Shown in pieces: positions 12,199 to 24,706 of a DNA stretch of 45,081 nt; the stretch's first letter is position 1; each line of letters begins with the position of its first letter. Under the pieces are notes generated by a model, which made no database searches, was not told the origin of the DNA, and saw nothing but the letters and a program-made list of their open reading frames with translations. The position numbers and the translations under genes are program-made. The stretch comes from Trypethelium eluteriae (Eukaryota). The stretch is taken from NCBI GenBank assembly GCA_051942245.1, contig JAVECL010000137.1, positions 1 to 45,081 of the forward strand, written 5' to 3'.

Positions 12199-14025
12199 GA
12201 TGGCGGCTCACAGGATTGTAGAAAATAGGTTCAACGAGAAGCACGCTGACGACCCTGCAGAATAAACAACGCCAGTAGATGACATCCGCTACCTTATTAA
12301 CGCCTTTGCCGCAGTGGCAATTTGCGCTGACTAACCATTGAAAATACTTCGGCAGTTGGTTGTTTCCCCTGCCATCGCTGCCAAAAACCAGATGGTCGGT
12401 ACTATGGACCTAAAAGGTATAACACTGGACATGAGTAGCTAGATGAACCAGTACTGGTGGAACCGATGGGGATCCGAGCTGCGTATTGAATGATCTTCTG
12501 TCCTTCCTCTGGATCTTCTAGAAGGAGATAGCACCATAGGTTGCTCTATGTGCCTGTGAGATACTGTGCAGGCAGTTGCTGCTAGTTATCAATCCTGCCC
12601 GGCCTCGACTTATGTCTGTTCTGACCCCTCCTCTTCGATTTCTCGATCCATGCGGGTACTTCGTACAGCATGGGTTCCGTCTTTTCATCCGTTCCTGATC
12701 TACTCCTGAGGAGAGGGGATGCCTCGGTCCCTGCAGGATCGGTCCAGTACAGTGAAGCTGAGCAGCTAGGCCCCGGTGAGGAGGTGTGGGAGGACCGTTC
12801 GATTCACCCGTACGCAATGCCAGCGCAATGAACCGAATGTGGTCCCGATTCAGACTTACCATATTCCTGTGCCGCTGATGAGGAAAGGAGTACCGGAAAA
12901 TGAGAAAAGACGGGACCATGTGGCTTGCAGCCTTGGTTTGCTTCACCTTCTGTAGCTAGCTAAATCCCTACCTTACGAGTCATTAGTCCGATTTAAGTCT
13001 GACTAGGCCCTGCTCTCTCTAGCACCACAAACGGTGAACCACTTCGGTCTCTATCTTCTGACCCAAACGCCTCGATCTCCACCAACATCATGGTAGCTAG
13101 ACTTCTCTCTCAAGTTAGAGTCCGGTTAAGAGCCATAGTTCCTCATTACGCGGAGTTCCCGCACTCTGCATACGCGTCCCTTCCCCCTGCGTCTGTTATT
13201 TCACGTTGAAATCCTGATAAGCCAAAACACGGAACAATTCTTCATTGTGAAGGTGGCTCGTGTCATATTCCCTGGTCAGAGTGTCTCTGGACCATGAACA
13301 AAACGTAGCAAGAGAAATTCGGACCGAGGAGCGCAGTGTGACAGATTCCGTCGGGGTCAATGGCAAGTTCCTGCGCTGTTACCAGCGAATTTCTGGTTCA
13401 ACAATGGCCGACTAGGTATGAGAATCTCCCCCATTGTCTTAGCTGTTTCGGGCCGTGCTGGTCTGAGAAGACTTGGACAACCGACAAACGTTCTTCAAAT
13501 AAGCCATGAAGCGGGCGCCAGTTCCAGGCTAAAGAATGCGACGACTCTTGCACCGGCAAAATGTTTCCGCAACAGCCACCCTCGGCGCTTGAACGGATTC
13601 GAGGGTGCAACGACCGGACCCATACTCGATCCCCTCAAGATTGCGCCACGATGACCAGCAATCAAGGTACCCGCAGTTCCCATGCCACCCTAGAATACGT
13701 CTCAAGACCCAAGCTAGACTCTCCGCGATCGTGGGGCCCTGGAAGTCGGGCCTCAGGATTGTGGAACAACCTGCTTGATTGAGCAAAACTCCAGGAAAGT
13801 GCTTTGCAAAAAAAGTCAGATACATCTCAAACTAGTCTGTCCTATATCTCTCCTCATCTCCTCTCCCAAGTTTTTTAGACCGACAAAGCCTATCCCATAC
13901 GTTACAGATAAAATTCTCGGCGCCCTACAATGTTTGCTTAAATCCTCATTTATCATCGAAGACTACTCCTTGTATATTAATTTAACTCTTGGCGTGGTAA
14001 TACCGCCTGCGCAAGAAGTCGCAAA

Positions 14026-15374
14026 ATGTCATCTGCAAAACCACCCAACCCGCTCCCTCCCAATGAAGACATTGGCCCTGCCTTTCTAGCCCTAACCTGT
14101 GTTCTTACTGCATTCTCCATCATTACTACAGCCTTACGAATATGGGTCCGAAAAGTAGCGTACCAGATTGGACCGGACGACTATACCATAGGTGTTACTA
14201 CTCTGCTGGCAATCGCCCGGATGGCTCTTCAAGCTGTCCAAGTTCAGCATGGTAATGGTAAGCACCGATGGTATATCACCCCGCTCCAGTACCAAGACGT
14301 CAATATGTACGGGTGGTATGCGCAAGTTCTCCTCTTCATCACCAATGCGCTACTCAAAACCTCAATCTGCCTTTTGATCCTTCGGATACAAAACACCAAG
14401 AAAATGAGATATCTCCTCTACGGCATGATGGGTGGGCTATGGCTTGTTGGAATCGAGCCCGTCATTGTGCTGCTTTCTGAATGCAATCCCGTCGCGACAT
14501 ATTGGAGAAGCAGTGCAGGAAAATGCTGGGATCCAAGAGTCAGGATTTACTCCATTTACTTCAACATTGGTATGATAGCTCTAAACATGCTCCTCAGGTC
14601 AGCCGTCATCTAACAGCAGCAATTTAGCCTATGGGATTGTATCAGACTTGCTCTGCTCTCTCTTGCCAATCGTTATCCTGCGAAGGATCCAGGTTTCCCT
14701 CCGAGACAAAGTCCTCATCTGTGGGCTCATGTCTGTAGGTCTCATTGCCACAGGATTCTCTGTTGCTCGTGCAGCGTCTCTTGGCCTTGCTGTTAACGAT
14801 CTATCTTGTAAGTGTGCAAGTTCTTGTGTGATAGTCGCCCCTCCGCCCTACAATCTCCCTTGTCACAAGACCAGTACAGTATTACTAGCTACATTCTCTT
14901 CTGTTTATATCAAACGAGACGTGCCTTCTTCAGACCTTAAGCTGACGAGCCTTCGCTTTCACAGGGACTTACTGCATTGCCGCTATCTGGTCCAATCTTG
15001 AACTTCATCTCGGCATAATCGCTGCTAACCTTGCACTTGCCCGCTCGTGGTACGTCTACTTCCGCAATGGCGCCCGTGGAGTTCAACCCTCAATCAATTC
15101 GAATTCGCGGCTGCAACAAGGCTCCCGAGGGTACATCCGGAGCGGCGGCGACAACAGCAGCCGACGACTTGGTCTGGGAATGGCGTCTGTCGACAGGGAT
15201 GTTCGCGGAAGTAGATTCTACGCTGACGCGATGGACGGAGGGGCCAGAAAAAGCTACGCTGACAGTGGCGAGAGTGACATTCCGCTGCATCTAATGGGAA
15301 AAGAAAAGGGTGGCTTCACTGTGACGACCGACGAGGCGAGGACTGTAAGTGACCTCAGTGACGAGATACGCTAA
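14026..15374 (+). CDS. PTH11-like integral membrane protein (fungal rhodopsin/GPCR family, no CFEM); exons 14026-14569, 14628-14807, 14965-15374
   Basis: LRIWVR...GPDDY, HGNGKH, KTSICLLILRI, ECNPVATYW...GKCW, SDLLCSLLPI, WSNLELHLGIIAANL; splicing yields an open 377-aa frame. Confidence 0.88.
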
Positions 15375-17488
15375 TGGGGCCTCTACTACTTTGGGTGGTT
15401 CCATGTATACAAGATATCACGCAGCTCGAACAGCGATGAGAATCGTTTATGCCCTGGAGCTCGACTGCGACGAACTGGATATTCCATTTTGTACTAGTTA
15501 TTGCTTCCAGCGCGGGGCTTGGTGTTCGGGCTCTATGGGAAATCTGTTCTGCTTGGCTTTGCTTCTAACTATTTTCGAGAAGCGCCGTCAATTCCCTGTA
15601 CGATTAGGATACCAAATTCTATTTCTTCCACTGATAAGTGCCATTCAACAATCACGGAAATCTTACAATGGATGACATAAGTGCGCTCTCCCCCCGACGA
15701 TGCATACGTTGCCTCCGCTCTTCCGAGGAAGCCTTTAAAACTCCCAGTGAGCCTTGTAGGTTTGAGAACTGCTCTGTGGTGGTCGACAAGCTTGGATGAC
15801 CGGTTCTCAAACTTCCCGGCGGCACTGGTCCTCCCAGACCTGGTCTCTGACATGCTGCTTTTTTCTTGGTCGTTTGACAATGGCTGAGAGCTAGCCCGTT
15901 TTCAGGCCGAGGAGCGAATGCAATGGTTACGCAGCACTGATCGTCAACCCTAATGCACAGCGAGCATGGCTTGAAAACCGGCCTCGAATGGACTTCCTAA
16001 CTTTCTGAAGTCACACATATCTGGAGTATCATACGGATGCTCATGAACATGGTTGTAAAGAGGATGGGAGCCCAAAATGCCAATAAAAGTGATCGATATC
16101 AACGATGTGCGATGGAATTTACATCAACTCATGATTTCGATTAAAACCTACAGAGACGTGTCTCGAATCACTCAACATGATTCTCAAAGTTGGAACGTCG
16201 CAGAGCGCAGTCAAAGAGTGCAGCAGTCAGAAAAACAAGGAAATTGAAGCCGATCTCTCGGGTCAGTGATTGTATTTGCATTGCTTGAGAACGCCGAGAT
16301 GCTCGGAACCATGATGGCGACGCCACGGGATAACGATTTCCAGGGGCACTCTGTAACTTTCCGTTCCATGTTGCAAATAGTGAATGAAGAGCATGAGAAA
16401 CCTGGCAGGCGGCCTTTTGGTGCCCATTCCACAAAGTACCCAAGCAGTTCTCATTTCCTTCATAGGTAAAGGTCTTGAACTATGCGGGTCGGTCCAGTAC
16501 GCCCCCTTCGATCGCGGGGCATACACCGAGAGAAGATTACCTATTTCAGCTCAAGACTCACTTTGGATCAGGTCCCCAGGCAGGGAAATTGATACCCTAC
16601 AGGCTGGACATTGAGTTGCACCGGTGACCAATCGGTGGACGGGAGGCACCACCTGCAGACCTAAAGACATTTAGCTTTGCAAGTTCGCCGGCTTGATGCT
16701 GTAAGTCGATAGTTGCGAGGGGCAGTAGCGATCAGGAAGAGGAAGGTGGCGAACGTTTAAAGAGGTAAGAATTTAGAATTGCAGCTCTGGAACTCTCGTC
16801 AACACTTACCCTTGCGGACTGGGCTGATCGCTCTAGCGCTTGATCCGTGCAACGGATACGTGAGCACCCTGCGAAAGCATAAGTTTTGTGAAGCATGATG
16901 CATAATCCTGAAAATTTCATGCGGGCCATTGGTGGGTGATTTGAAAGAAACGGATCTCGGGTAGATTGATATGCGTTTCACCTAAGCATGTTCGGCTTTG
17001 AGTCTAGAAAGTTGCGAGCTGCCAGATTGAGTTTGACTCCGTCTTTGCCAAGTCTTTCTCATCCGTGGGTGCGTGGTTCCCCTGCTAATAACTGGGCACT
17101 CTAGACACCGCTAGAGCTCGTTGGTGAGATTGGCTTGGATCGTGGTGGCTCTTGGTGTGGAGTTGAGTCAAGTGACCCTTCAAGGCCGACTTCCGGCAAA
17201 ATCCAGCATCAACTCCAATATCTCACACCCAGACCACGTCTACGAATAGGATTACCTGGTCATGTCCGTATGACCAGCTTATTCACCACGTCCTCTTACA
17301 AGCGGAGGCAATTTTCTTCTTCCAGATAAGGTTCATCAGGGCAAGGGACGTTCCAGTCGTAGCAATACAGCTTTGGCATGGCTCTAATGGCCAATAACCT
17401 CATGTATTGATATGATGGTGAGTGATACTGAGAAGAGTTCTCGTCTTTCCTTTCACTAGAGTTGTCGTGCTCAATGGAATTACCCCTT

Positions 17489-17502
17489 GCGGAGATTTAG
17501 CC
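17489..17502. promoter_or_regulatory. Adjacent CreA-like (GCGGAG) and XlnR-like (GGCTAAA, minus strand) sites upstream of the LPMO
   Basis: Matches to SYGGRG and GGCTAAA about 260 bp before the AA9 ATG. Short motifs that could be chance. Confidence 0.35.
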
Positions 17503-17762
17503 AATTTGTATCGTTTTCTTCTTTTGCTCATCCGACTGTGTCGTGTTACATCCTACTCTACTTAGTGTCTGGGCGAATCTACTCGAGTTTAATTAATTGG
17601 GAATTATTCCGGCAATATATTTGAGTGTTGTTATTACACACAACGGGTTTCGGTCATATATATGCTATGCAGGCTCCTCGTTCCCATTAGAGACCTTAAG
17701 CAGGCCTGCGCATACTTTCTATTCTTGTAGATAATTATTTTCATTACTTTCAAACTTCCACA

Positions 17763-18578
17763 ATGAAGGTCAGTGCGGCGATTCTCGGCGCTGCTGTTAT
17801 CAAGACAGCGGTGGCGCACACTATCTTTGTTCAGTTGAACAATAACCGTAAGGACGTGTCCCAGAGTGGCATTCGACAGTTACTAACTGATCTCAGCTGT
17901 GAGCTATGCTATTCGGGACCCCTCATACGATGGTGTATGTGTATGAATCCATGAAGAATGGCCGAGGATCTAATGTATCATATAAAGCCAATCCAAGACG
18001 TTACGTCGGATGATATCGCTTGCAATGGCGGCCCGAACCCAACGACTCCTTCATCGGCCATGATCACCGTTGCCGCAGGTTCTACTGCAGATTTGACTTG
18101 GAGGCATACATTGACAAGCGACGCTACAGACGTCATCGATCCCAGCCACAAGGGCCCAGTCATGGCATATATGAAGAAAGTGACAAATGCCGTTACTGAT
18201 GTGGGATATGGCAGCGGATGGTTCAAAATTGCCGAGGACACTTTCACCCCGAGTAACTCTACTTGGGGTGTCGACCGTCTTATCGCCAGTGGTGGTATCC
18301 AGACTGTCACTATTCCCAAGTGCCTTGCTCCGGGCCAATACCTTCTCCGTGGTGAACTCATTGCTTTACACGGTGCCAGTACCCAGGGTGGAGCACAATT
18401 CTACATGGAGTGTGCTCAAATAACCGTCACGGCTGCTTCCGGAGCTTCAGTTAAAACGCCTTCGACCGTCAGCCTGCCTGGAGCCTACTCTGCTACTGAC
18501 CCTGGAATCTTAATCAACCTCTACTATCCTACGGTGACGAGCTATACTGCTCCGGGCCCAGATGTCTTCACTTGTTGA
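17763..18578 (+). CDS. AA9 lytic polysaccharide monooxygenase, resembling the C4-oxidising NcLPMO9A type, no CBM1; exons 17763-17847, 17897-17934, 17988-18578
   Basis: Signal peptide followed by His1 (HTIFVQL), ACNGGPNPT, WRH, DPSHKGP, GWFKI, GQYLLRGELIALH, AQFYMECAQI; 237 aa after splicing. Confidence 0.95.
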
Positions 18579-19725
18579 GCTACCAATGACGAGATACTGA
18601 GCAGGACGGAGAATTCGGTCAGGCGCGGTGAGACGATTTTATGATCAGTTCGGAAACGGAACGAGTGACTGGCTTTTAACCTCATGAGTGTCATTCACTT
18701 TTGCCCATTCATGTCCATAAGTTATGCTTCTCGCAGGAGAGTTTTACCAACATGGTTATCTTGATGCATGTTTGCGAGCATCATGTGGAAGAGCAGCCAT
18801 TTCTATCGAAGATGTAGGCAAATGTTATGTTTTCTTAGACCACGTTTAGATAGATATGAACAACGATATTAGCCTAGCTTTCTCCTTCCCCGTCTGGCTT
18901 GCCTTCAGTCATCTCACTAATTGGGTCACTAAGCTAATTCGTCGCCAATACGCCTAACTCAGTACTCCTAGAGGGCTTTCTTATGTAGGAGGGGGACTAT
19001 TCTTTTCGTTTCTCTTCAGTAAGTCTGCGCAGCCAGTATGGGCAATGCTTGCCCAGCCTTATCCACATACCCATCGTATGAGTTGAGATGAGTCTCAACA
19101 GTGCTTTACATAAATAGCTATCAAGGTAATAGAACATGGCCGAGCCTCCAGTCATTGAAAACTAGCTCTTTGCCGTGGATTACTTTTGAACTCCTTGTCT
19201 TTCTCCATTTCTGCATTGGGAATTCTCTCACATAATATTCGCTCTTCCTTTCCTGATAGCTCGAGTGCCTTTCGTAACCAATCTATTCAGAACCCTCATT
19301 TGCAGCAAGACTCCTCTTGGAAAACGGTGGTTTATGGTCGCCACGCAAGCCAAGCCGTGTTTTTTATCCGTGGATGTACCTTGGATCATCAGATTGCGAG
19401 TGTTTCTCCCTCCATATACAAATTCGGAAGCAAGATTGTCGCTGGCAGTATCTGACCACTATCACATGCCGCTGCCCTATATTATATGTGTATTTTGCCT
19501 ACCGTGATTTGTCACAGAGATATGGATAGTTGGCGTTATTACAAGCAAAAGGCACAATACTTTTTGATTTGTCTTATTTACAGTAAAGACTGAATAACCC
19601 TTCGATGCTAAGTTTCATCAGTGTTCGAGAAGCCAGGGTCTTTGTCCATTCTAGCGATCAACTCGAAACCTGCCGCTCGAAGCTGAATGATTGCTGGCAG
19701 CAGTAAAGCCATAACCTAAGGCCAA

Positions 19726-20247
19726 TCACGAGAAGGCATTAATTCCAGTCTGGAACTCAGCCGCGATTTGGGCAGTCAGGCTTTGAGCAATTGAGGACAG
19801 GTCGGAAGGCGTTTTTGAGACAATGGCGGAGCTAAAAGAGTTGGAGGCTGTTCTCTGCTGTTGGAGTTGAGAGAGGACAGTAGCTGACTGGCCACTCGAA
19901 ACAAAGGTCGGCTTCTTGGCGATGAGATCGTCGATGGTCGTGTTCAAAGTGTTGATTAGAGTCTCAGTAGCAGAGGCGACTTGAAGAGCGTCGTTGTCCG
20001 AAATGGGGGTCGTGGCTTGGACGTTGGTAGTCCCGGTGTTGATTGAAGAAAGGACGGCGGCAGAGTCGGCATTCAATGTGGAAATAGCACCAGCACTGCC
20101 ATCAAAAGCCTTCACTTCAGTGTCAAGCGTCTCCGTAGCCGAGTTGACATTGCTAAGGGCTGTAAGGATCGTCTGCACGTCACGCTTGACAACTACCCGG
20201 CCGAAGGCTGTGCCGATGAGAGCGAGGAGAGCGTACTTGGCATGCAT
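19726..20247 (-). CDS. Secreted hydrophobic surface binding protein A (HsbA) / Mp1p-like cell wall protein
   Basis: Signal peptide, VKR|D Kex2 site, Cys-free helical 173-aa protein with DLIAKKPTF and VLSQLQQQ...AIVSKTP patterns. Confidence 0.8.
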   Translation of the reverse strand: MHAKYALLALIGTAFGRVVVKRDVQTILTALSNVNSATETLDTEVKAFDGSAGAISTLNADSAAVLSSINTGTTNVQATTPISDNDALQVASATETLINTLNTTIDDLIAKKPTFVSSGQSATVLSQLQQQRTASNSFSSAIVSKTPSDLSSIAQSLTAQIAAEFQTGINAFS

Positions 20248-22284
20248 GTTGATGATAGAGATTAGTGATGTCGAGCAGATATTGAGATTGGGCAGATGCA
20301 GCTTTGTTATTCTCTTGCTAGCAGAGGGTTTTGTTGAGCCTGTGTAGAAGAAAAGTATTCATGCGATTCTTGCAGATTTTATATTCAACGCCTTGTAACG
20401 CCATTCGCGGAGATCATTTACCATCACCAAAGATCGAAATATGATGACAGTACTAACGACGTATGATGGCGTATAGGACTGCCCTGGCCATCTCACACGT
20501 TTGCTAAACCCATGTTCCAGAAGGGGACATAAAAGCAAACAACCCCTGGAAAATTTCTTAGCCTCGGGGAAACAAGGTATAGAGTCTGCTTGGTGTTGCT
20601 CCATGAGAGAGACCGAGGCGGTATTTTTCGGATGCATGTGGACATTTGTCGAGGAGACGAGAGTATGATGGCCGCCGAGACGACGCTGACCGTTCAAGAG
20701 AGGCTGTGATAATCCAAGCCCTGATCTCTAGCCAACGTCGTGTTGATCGGAAAAGGCCGAAATCCGGGGTATAGGGTAGCTAGATCAGATTGACGGAGAA
20801 ATCAGGTGCTCAACTGCAGGCCATGAACCCTGGCTAGATCTTACCGTCGCCAGGCCAGAGGCTCAAGATTCCCCGCTTTTCACCATCTTTGGAGAGTTTA
20901 TGCAAGCTTTGACTAGACTGGTTGGTTAGGCGTTGGGTACTCTAATGGACTTGAACAGACATCTGTGCTCGAGACTGGACAAATACTGTGTCCTATTCTC
21001 TTATAAACAGACAAGAGTGGCCACTGCCTTGCCCAGGCTGTTGGTCCAGTGGTTGAAGTGCTTTGCCTTGGGGAATATCAATCTCATTGGTCTGAGTTCG
21101 GCACACTACGTGATATGATTGAAGGTGTTCGAATGATGTAGCTGAAACTATGCAGTACCTTGATGGTTGTGGAGGGATTCCGAAGTTGCGGGCGAGTCGG
21201 CGAAACTGCTGATCGTTGAGCTCGAAGGTTCCATGCCACAGGCCTTGGCCAAAGGCCTTGGCCAAGGCGATTTGTACATGCGCTTTTAATATCTGAACCC
21301 TGGCAATTGCGTCGCCTGTGACTAACAAAGTAAGCTTGGTTGGAAATGACAAGTCTCTCCGCTTTCCATGGCCAGAAGGTGGCATTCCCAGAGGCGCCGA
21401 GGTCTCACGAGCAGGATGCATGGGCTTTGAGAGCACATCACGAGTAGAGCTAGATGTGCCTGCACGATGAGGTCAAAATTGTGTGCTGATTCGAGCATCC
21501 ACGGTGCCAGATTCGAGGAGAATATCGAAGCCACCAGGAACCCCCAAAGCTCACCGACTAATGACAGACTCCTTGACGCGCCACGATTGTGATATATCGC
21601 GCTTCTGAAGCTGTGCTAGCTCTTGCTGCTACGAAGGGATGTTGTCCATTCATTTGGGGTCTTAACCCACCGTACGTGGAGTTTGCGGACGAGGGATGAA
21701 GCTTCCTTCGTCTCCTGCGATGAAAGATTCTTCCCTTTGGGCGGGTGGCCCCAACACAGATCATCCGACCTCCGGGTCTTTAGATTTCATTGCAATTTCC
21801 TTCTTCAAAGTTCTAGCTTTTCGCCGCAATTTGACATTTGACTCCGAATGGAGCGTTTTCTCTTGTTCTCTAATACGAGTTGAGAAAAAGTCGGTCCGGA
21901 TTCCCAACCAAGTTTGGTCCTTGGAAGCCAACAAATAAACTCCATGAAAAGCTGGCACCAACAATGTCGCATGTTGTACAAACAGGACAACGTCACAGTA
22001 AAGCTATTCCATACCATGCATACTCACTCATAACCCTACCCCGTGCACCAAATGCTTTGGAAAAGCTTGAGTTCGACGTCATGTTCCAGAAGTTGAGGCT
22101 CTCCAACAACAACAAGACGCTGTGTCAATCTCACCAACCAAAAAATTGAGGAGGAAAGAAAACAGCGCAATGCCCTATCTCCACAATGCGCATCCTCACG
22201 ACAGGCTCTTTCGTTCCTTATTTCATTTCTGGTATCCAAAGCTGAATACATGCTCGATTGCTGGCTCAATCCTGCCTTACAACG

Positions 22285-23610
22285 ATGTATTTGTTCGCTC
22301 CAAAGCTCACCGCAATATGTGGAATTTTAATTATTGTGCATACCATCACAGCAGCTACCGCGGTTCGCTCTTCAAACCACAATAGGCCACTGAAGCCGCA
22401 GCTTGTCCGCAGAGAAAAGCAAGATGCTCAACACACAGATGACCCAGGTCTCCATTTTATGAAACTGGGTGAATTCTCGGAGTATGCTACTGAGGAAGTC
22501 CTCGGTGAAGGAGGGATGGGAAAAGTGTACAAAGGATATTACAAAAGTACTCCCACGGCAGAGCCAGTGCTCGCAGCGATCAAGATCTCTACCACGATGG
22601 ACGTTGCCCTGGTCAGGAGAGGCACATATCTGCAGAAGCAGTTACATAACAACAACGTCCTTCGGGCCTATAACGGCGGTGAATTGGATCCTAATGGAGA
22701 GCTTGTGACCGCGATTGAGTTCATCGACGGCGGCGACATATGGGAACAAGTCGACCAGGGTGTTTACGGGGAATCTCATCACACGGGAAATGGGACAGAT
22801 CGACTAACTTCGGATTTTCATCAGATGGTCGACGGAGTTGCTTATTGCCATAGTCAGGGAGTATTCCATCGTGATCTCAAGCCTGAGAACTTCCTTCGCG
22901 ACAAATCGAGTGGGGTAGTCAAGGTTGCCGATTTTGATACAGCCACTAAAGAATTAGACAGTCATGATTCTATGTGTGGGACTCTGCAGTACCTTGCTCC
23001 CGGTAAGTAAACTTTCTCTCTTGGAGAGGGCGAGATTGGCCTTTCACACTTACCAACCGCTGCCATAGATCAGATCATAGATTTTGAAGATCATTCGATC
23101 CCATGGGATAATGAAAGGGGTGATGTTTACGCTATGGGAATAAGCCTCATGTTCATGATCATCGGCTATTATCCGTATGAAGTCATATCTCCAGAAGCCG
23201 GTGAACTCACAGAACTTGCAGAACATCTGATGTATCGTTGTCGTGATGACGATTGTCGATTCGATGCATTAAAGCAGACATACGATGAATTTTCTGACCC
23301 GGCTCTCGATCTTTTGAGTATGGTTCTCACACATGCCCAAGATCGTATCGATATGGAAGATTTCCAAAGGACAGCCAAGGCAATAAAGGAGTTCGGTAGT
23401 GGCAAAGAGCACCTGCGTAAAAGAGACTACCAATTTGCTCAGAGCAACCATAAAGGACAGGAAATATGTCTTGTGTCTCCCAAGTCACCGGACCGCAAGA
23501 TGTTGGAAAAAGTTCGAGATACTTGGACAGGTTCGAACGCGACAAAGCCAGAGATCTTGACAGCAAAGAAAGCCTCCCGGCGAGGAAGGTTCAGAGCTCG
23601 CCATCGATAG
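22285..23610 (+). CDS. Ser/Thr protein kinase-fold protein with predicted signal peptide; exons 22285-23002, 23069-23610 (419 aa)
   Basis: LGEGGMGKVY, AAIK, HRDLKPEN, VKVADFD, CGTLQYLAP(D), DVYAMG; GTAAGT...TAG intron restores the frame; hydrophobic N-terminus. Confidence 0.88.
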
Positions 23611-24443
23611 TACCTTGCTGTATGCATATGTCGCAACAGGCGGTAGAGATGCATGCAACAGAGCACAATATTTCCGGGATTCTTGTACCCTTGACCAGAG
23701 AGCGCGACAAAAATCGGTAAAGGAGAGGAGGCTGGGTTTTTGGCTTCGCAAGGAGATCCGTTGCACCAGTGAGGAAGTGAGCCCGCCGTATCCCAAGCAT
23801 CACAAGTCTGTTTTTGACGCGCATCATTTTTGTTGACTAGAACTTCACCTGGTATCATCTTAATTTTGGTATACTGCTTTCGCAAGGCCGTTGTGCAGGC
23901 GCTTTGGACTGCCTTGGTGAATGAGAGCCCCAATACTCTGTTTCTTGAATATCCGTCTGCAGAGTCTAGCAAATACATTGAAAATTCAGCAATGTTGGAT
24001 TCGACTTAATAGTCGCTTCCCAGTAGCGTCCGTCATCATAATGTTTGCTCAGGACATACCTCAACTGCGGACCTCAATTCATCGAGGGGAAACGAAGTTG
24101 TAATGGTCTCCTCACGCCTGTTGGTGAACTTCGCGAAGAGTAGAGGCTTCCGGAGTTGACTCTTCAAGGGGTCCTAATTTTATGATGCAATTGGGAATAG
24201 CATGGGATCTCCCAAGAGCCAGGCTAACGTTTACACAGGAGCATGGCACCCAGGATGTAGCAACCCAGCAAATAACGGAAACTAAACAAGTTATGCGTCC
24301 AGATGGTTCAGCGGCTGTTCCCTTTCAACAAGTCACCAAGTCGCCAAGTCATCGCTTGCAGAAACTTCCATAACGGCCAAGAAAAATTACGATCGGCGGA
24401 GCGCAATTCTAGAAGCTTGGCCGGAAGGCGTTACCGAAGTTCA

Positions 24444-24558
24444 GGCTAAAAGAGACCCTCGCACCTTCCGCACCAGTGGCACCCCTCGGGCGAGACGGGG
24501 ATAAAGGTGTAACCCCACACCCCACAATTCACCCGGAGCCGCACGCCGCGAAGCTGGG
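24444..24558. promoter_or_regulatory. Cluster of candidate carbon-regulation sites (XlnR-like, QA-1F/QutA-like, CreA-like) upstream of the transporter
   Basis: GGCTAAA at 24444; GGATAAAGGTGTAACC at 24499-24514 (13/16 to GGRTAARYRYTTAYCC); SYGGRG matches (CCCCAC twice, CTGGGG). Confidence 0.35.
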
Positions 24559-24706
24559 GGATCGAGTGGTCAACGGTGGTCCCAACGGGACAACGGAGTA
24601 CGAGCTCCTGGATCCTGGGCCCACGTGAGCAAGGTAGATCTCATATACATACAAGCTGATCTTTCGCCAGCTTGCTTGCCTCCTCCATCCGTTCGTCGTT
24701 TGCACC

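Noticed and set aside
20993..21436. 147-aa ORF between HsbA and the kinase
   Set aside because: No family features, codon bias or splice support.
23439..23978. 179-aa minus ORF overlapping the kinase 3' end
   Set aside because: Antisense overlap with no recognisable domain.
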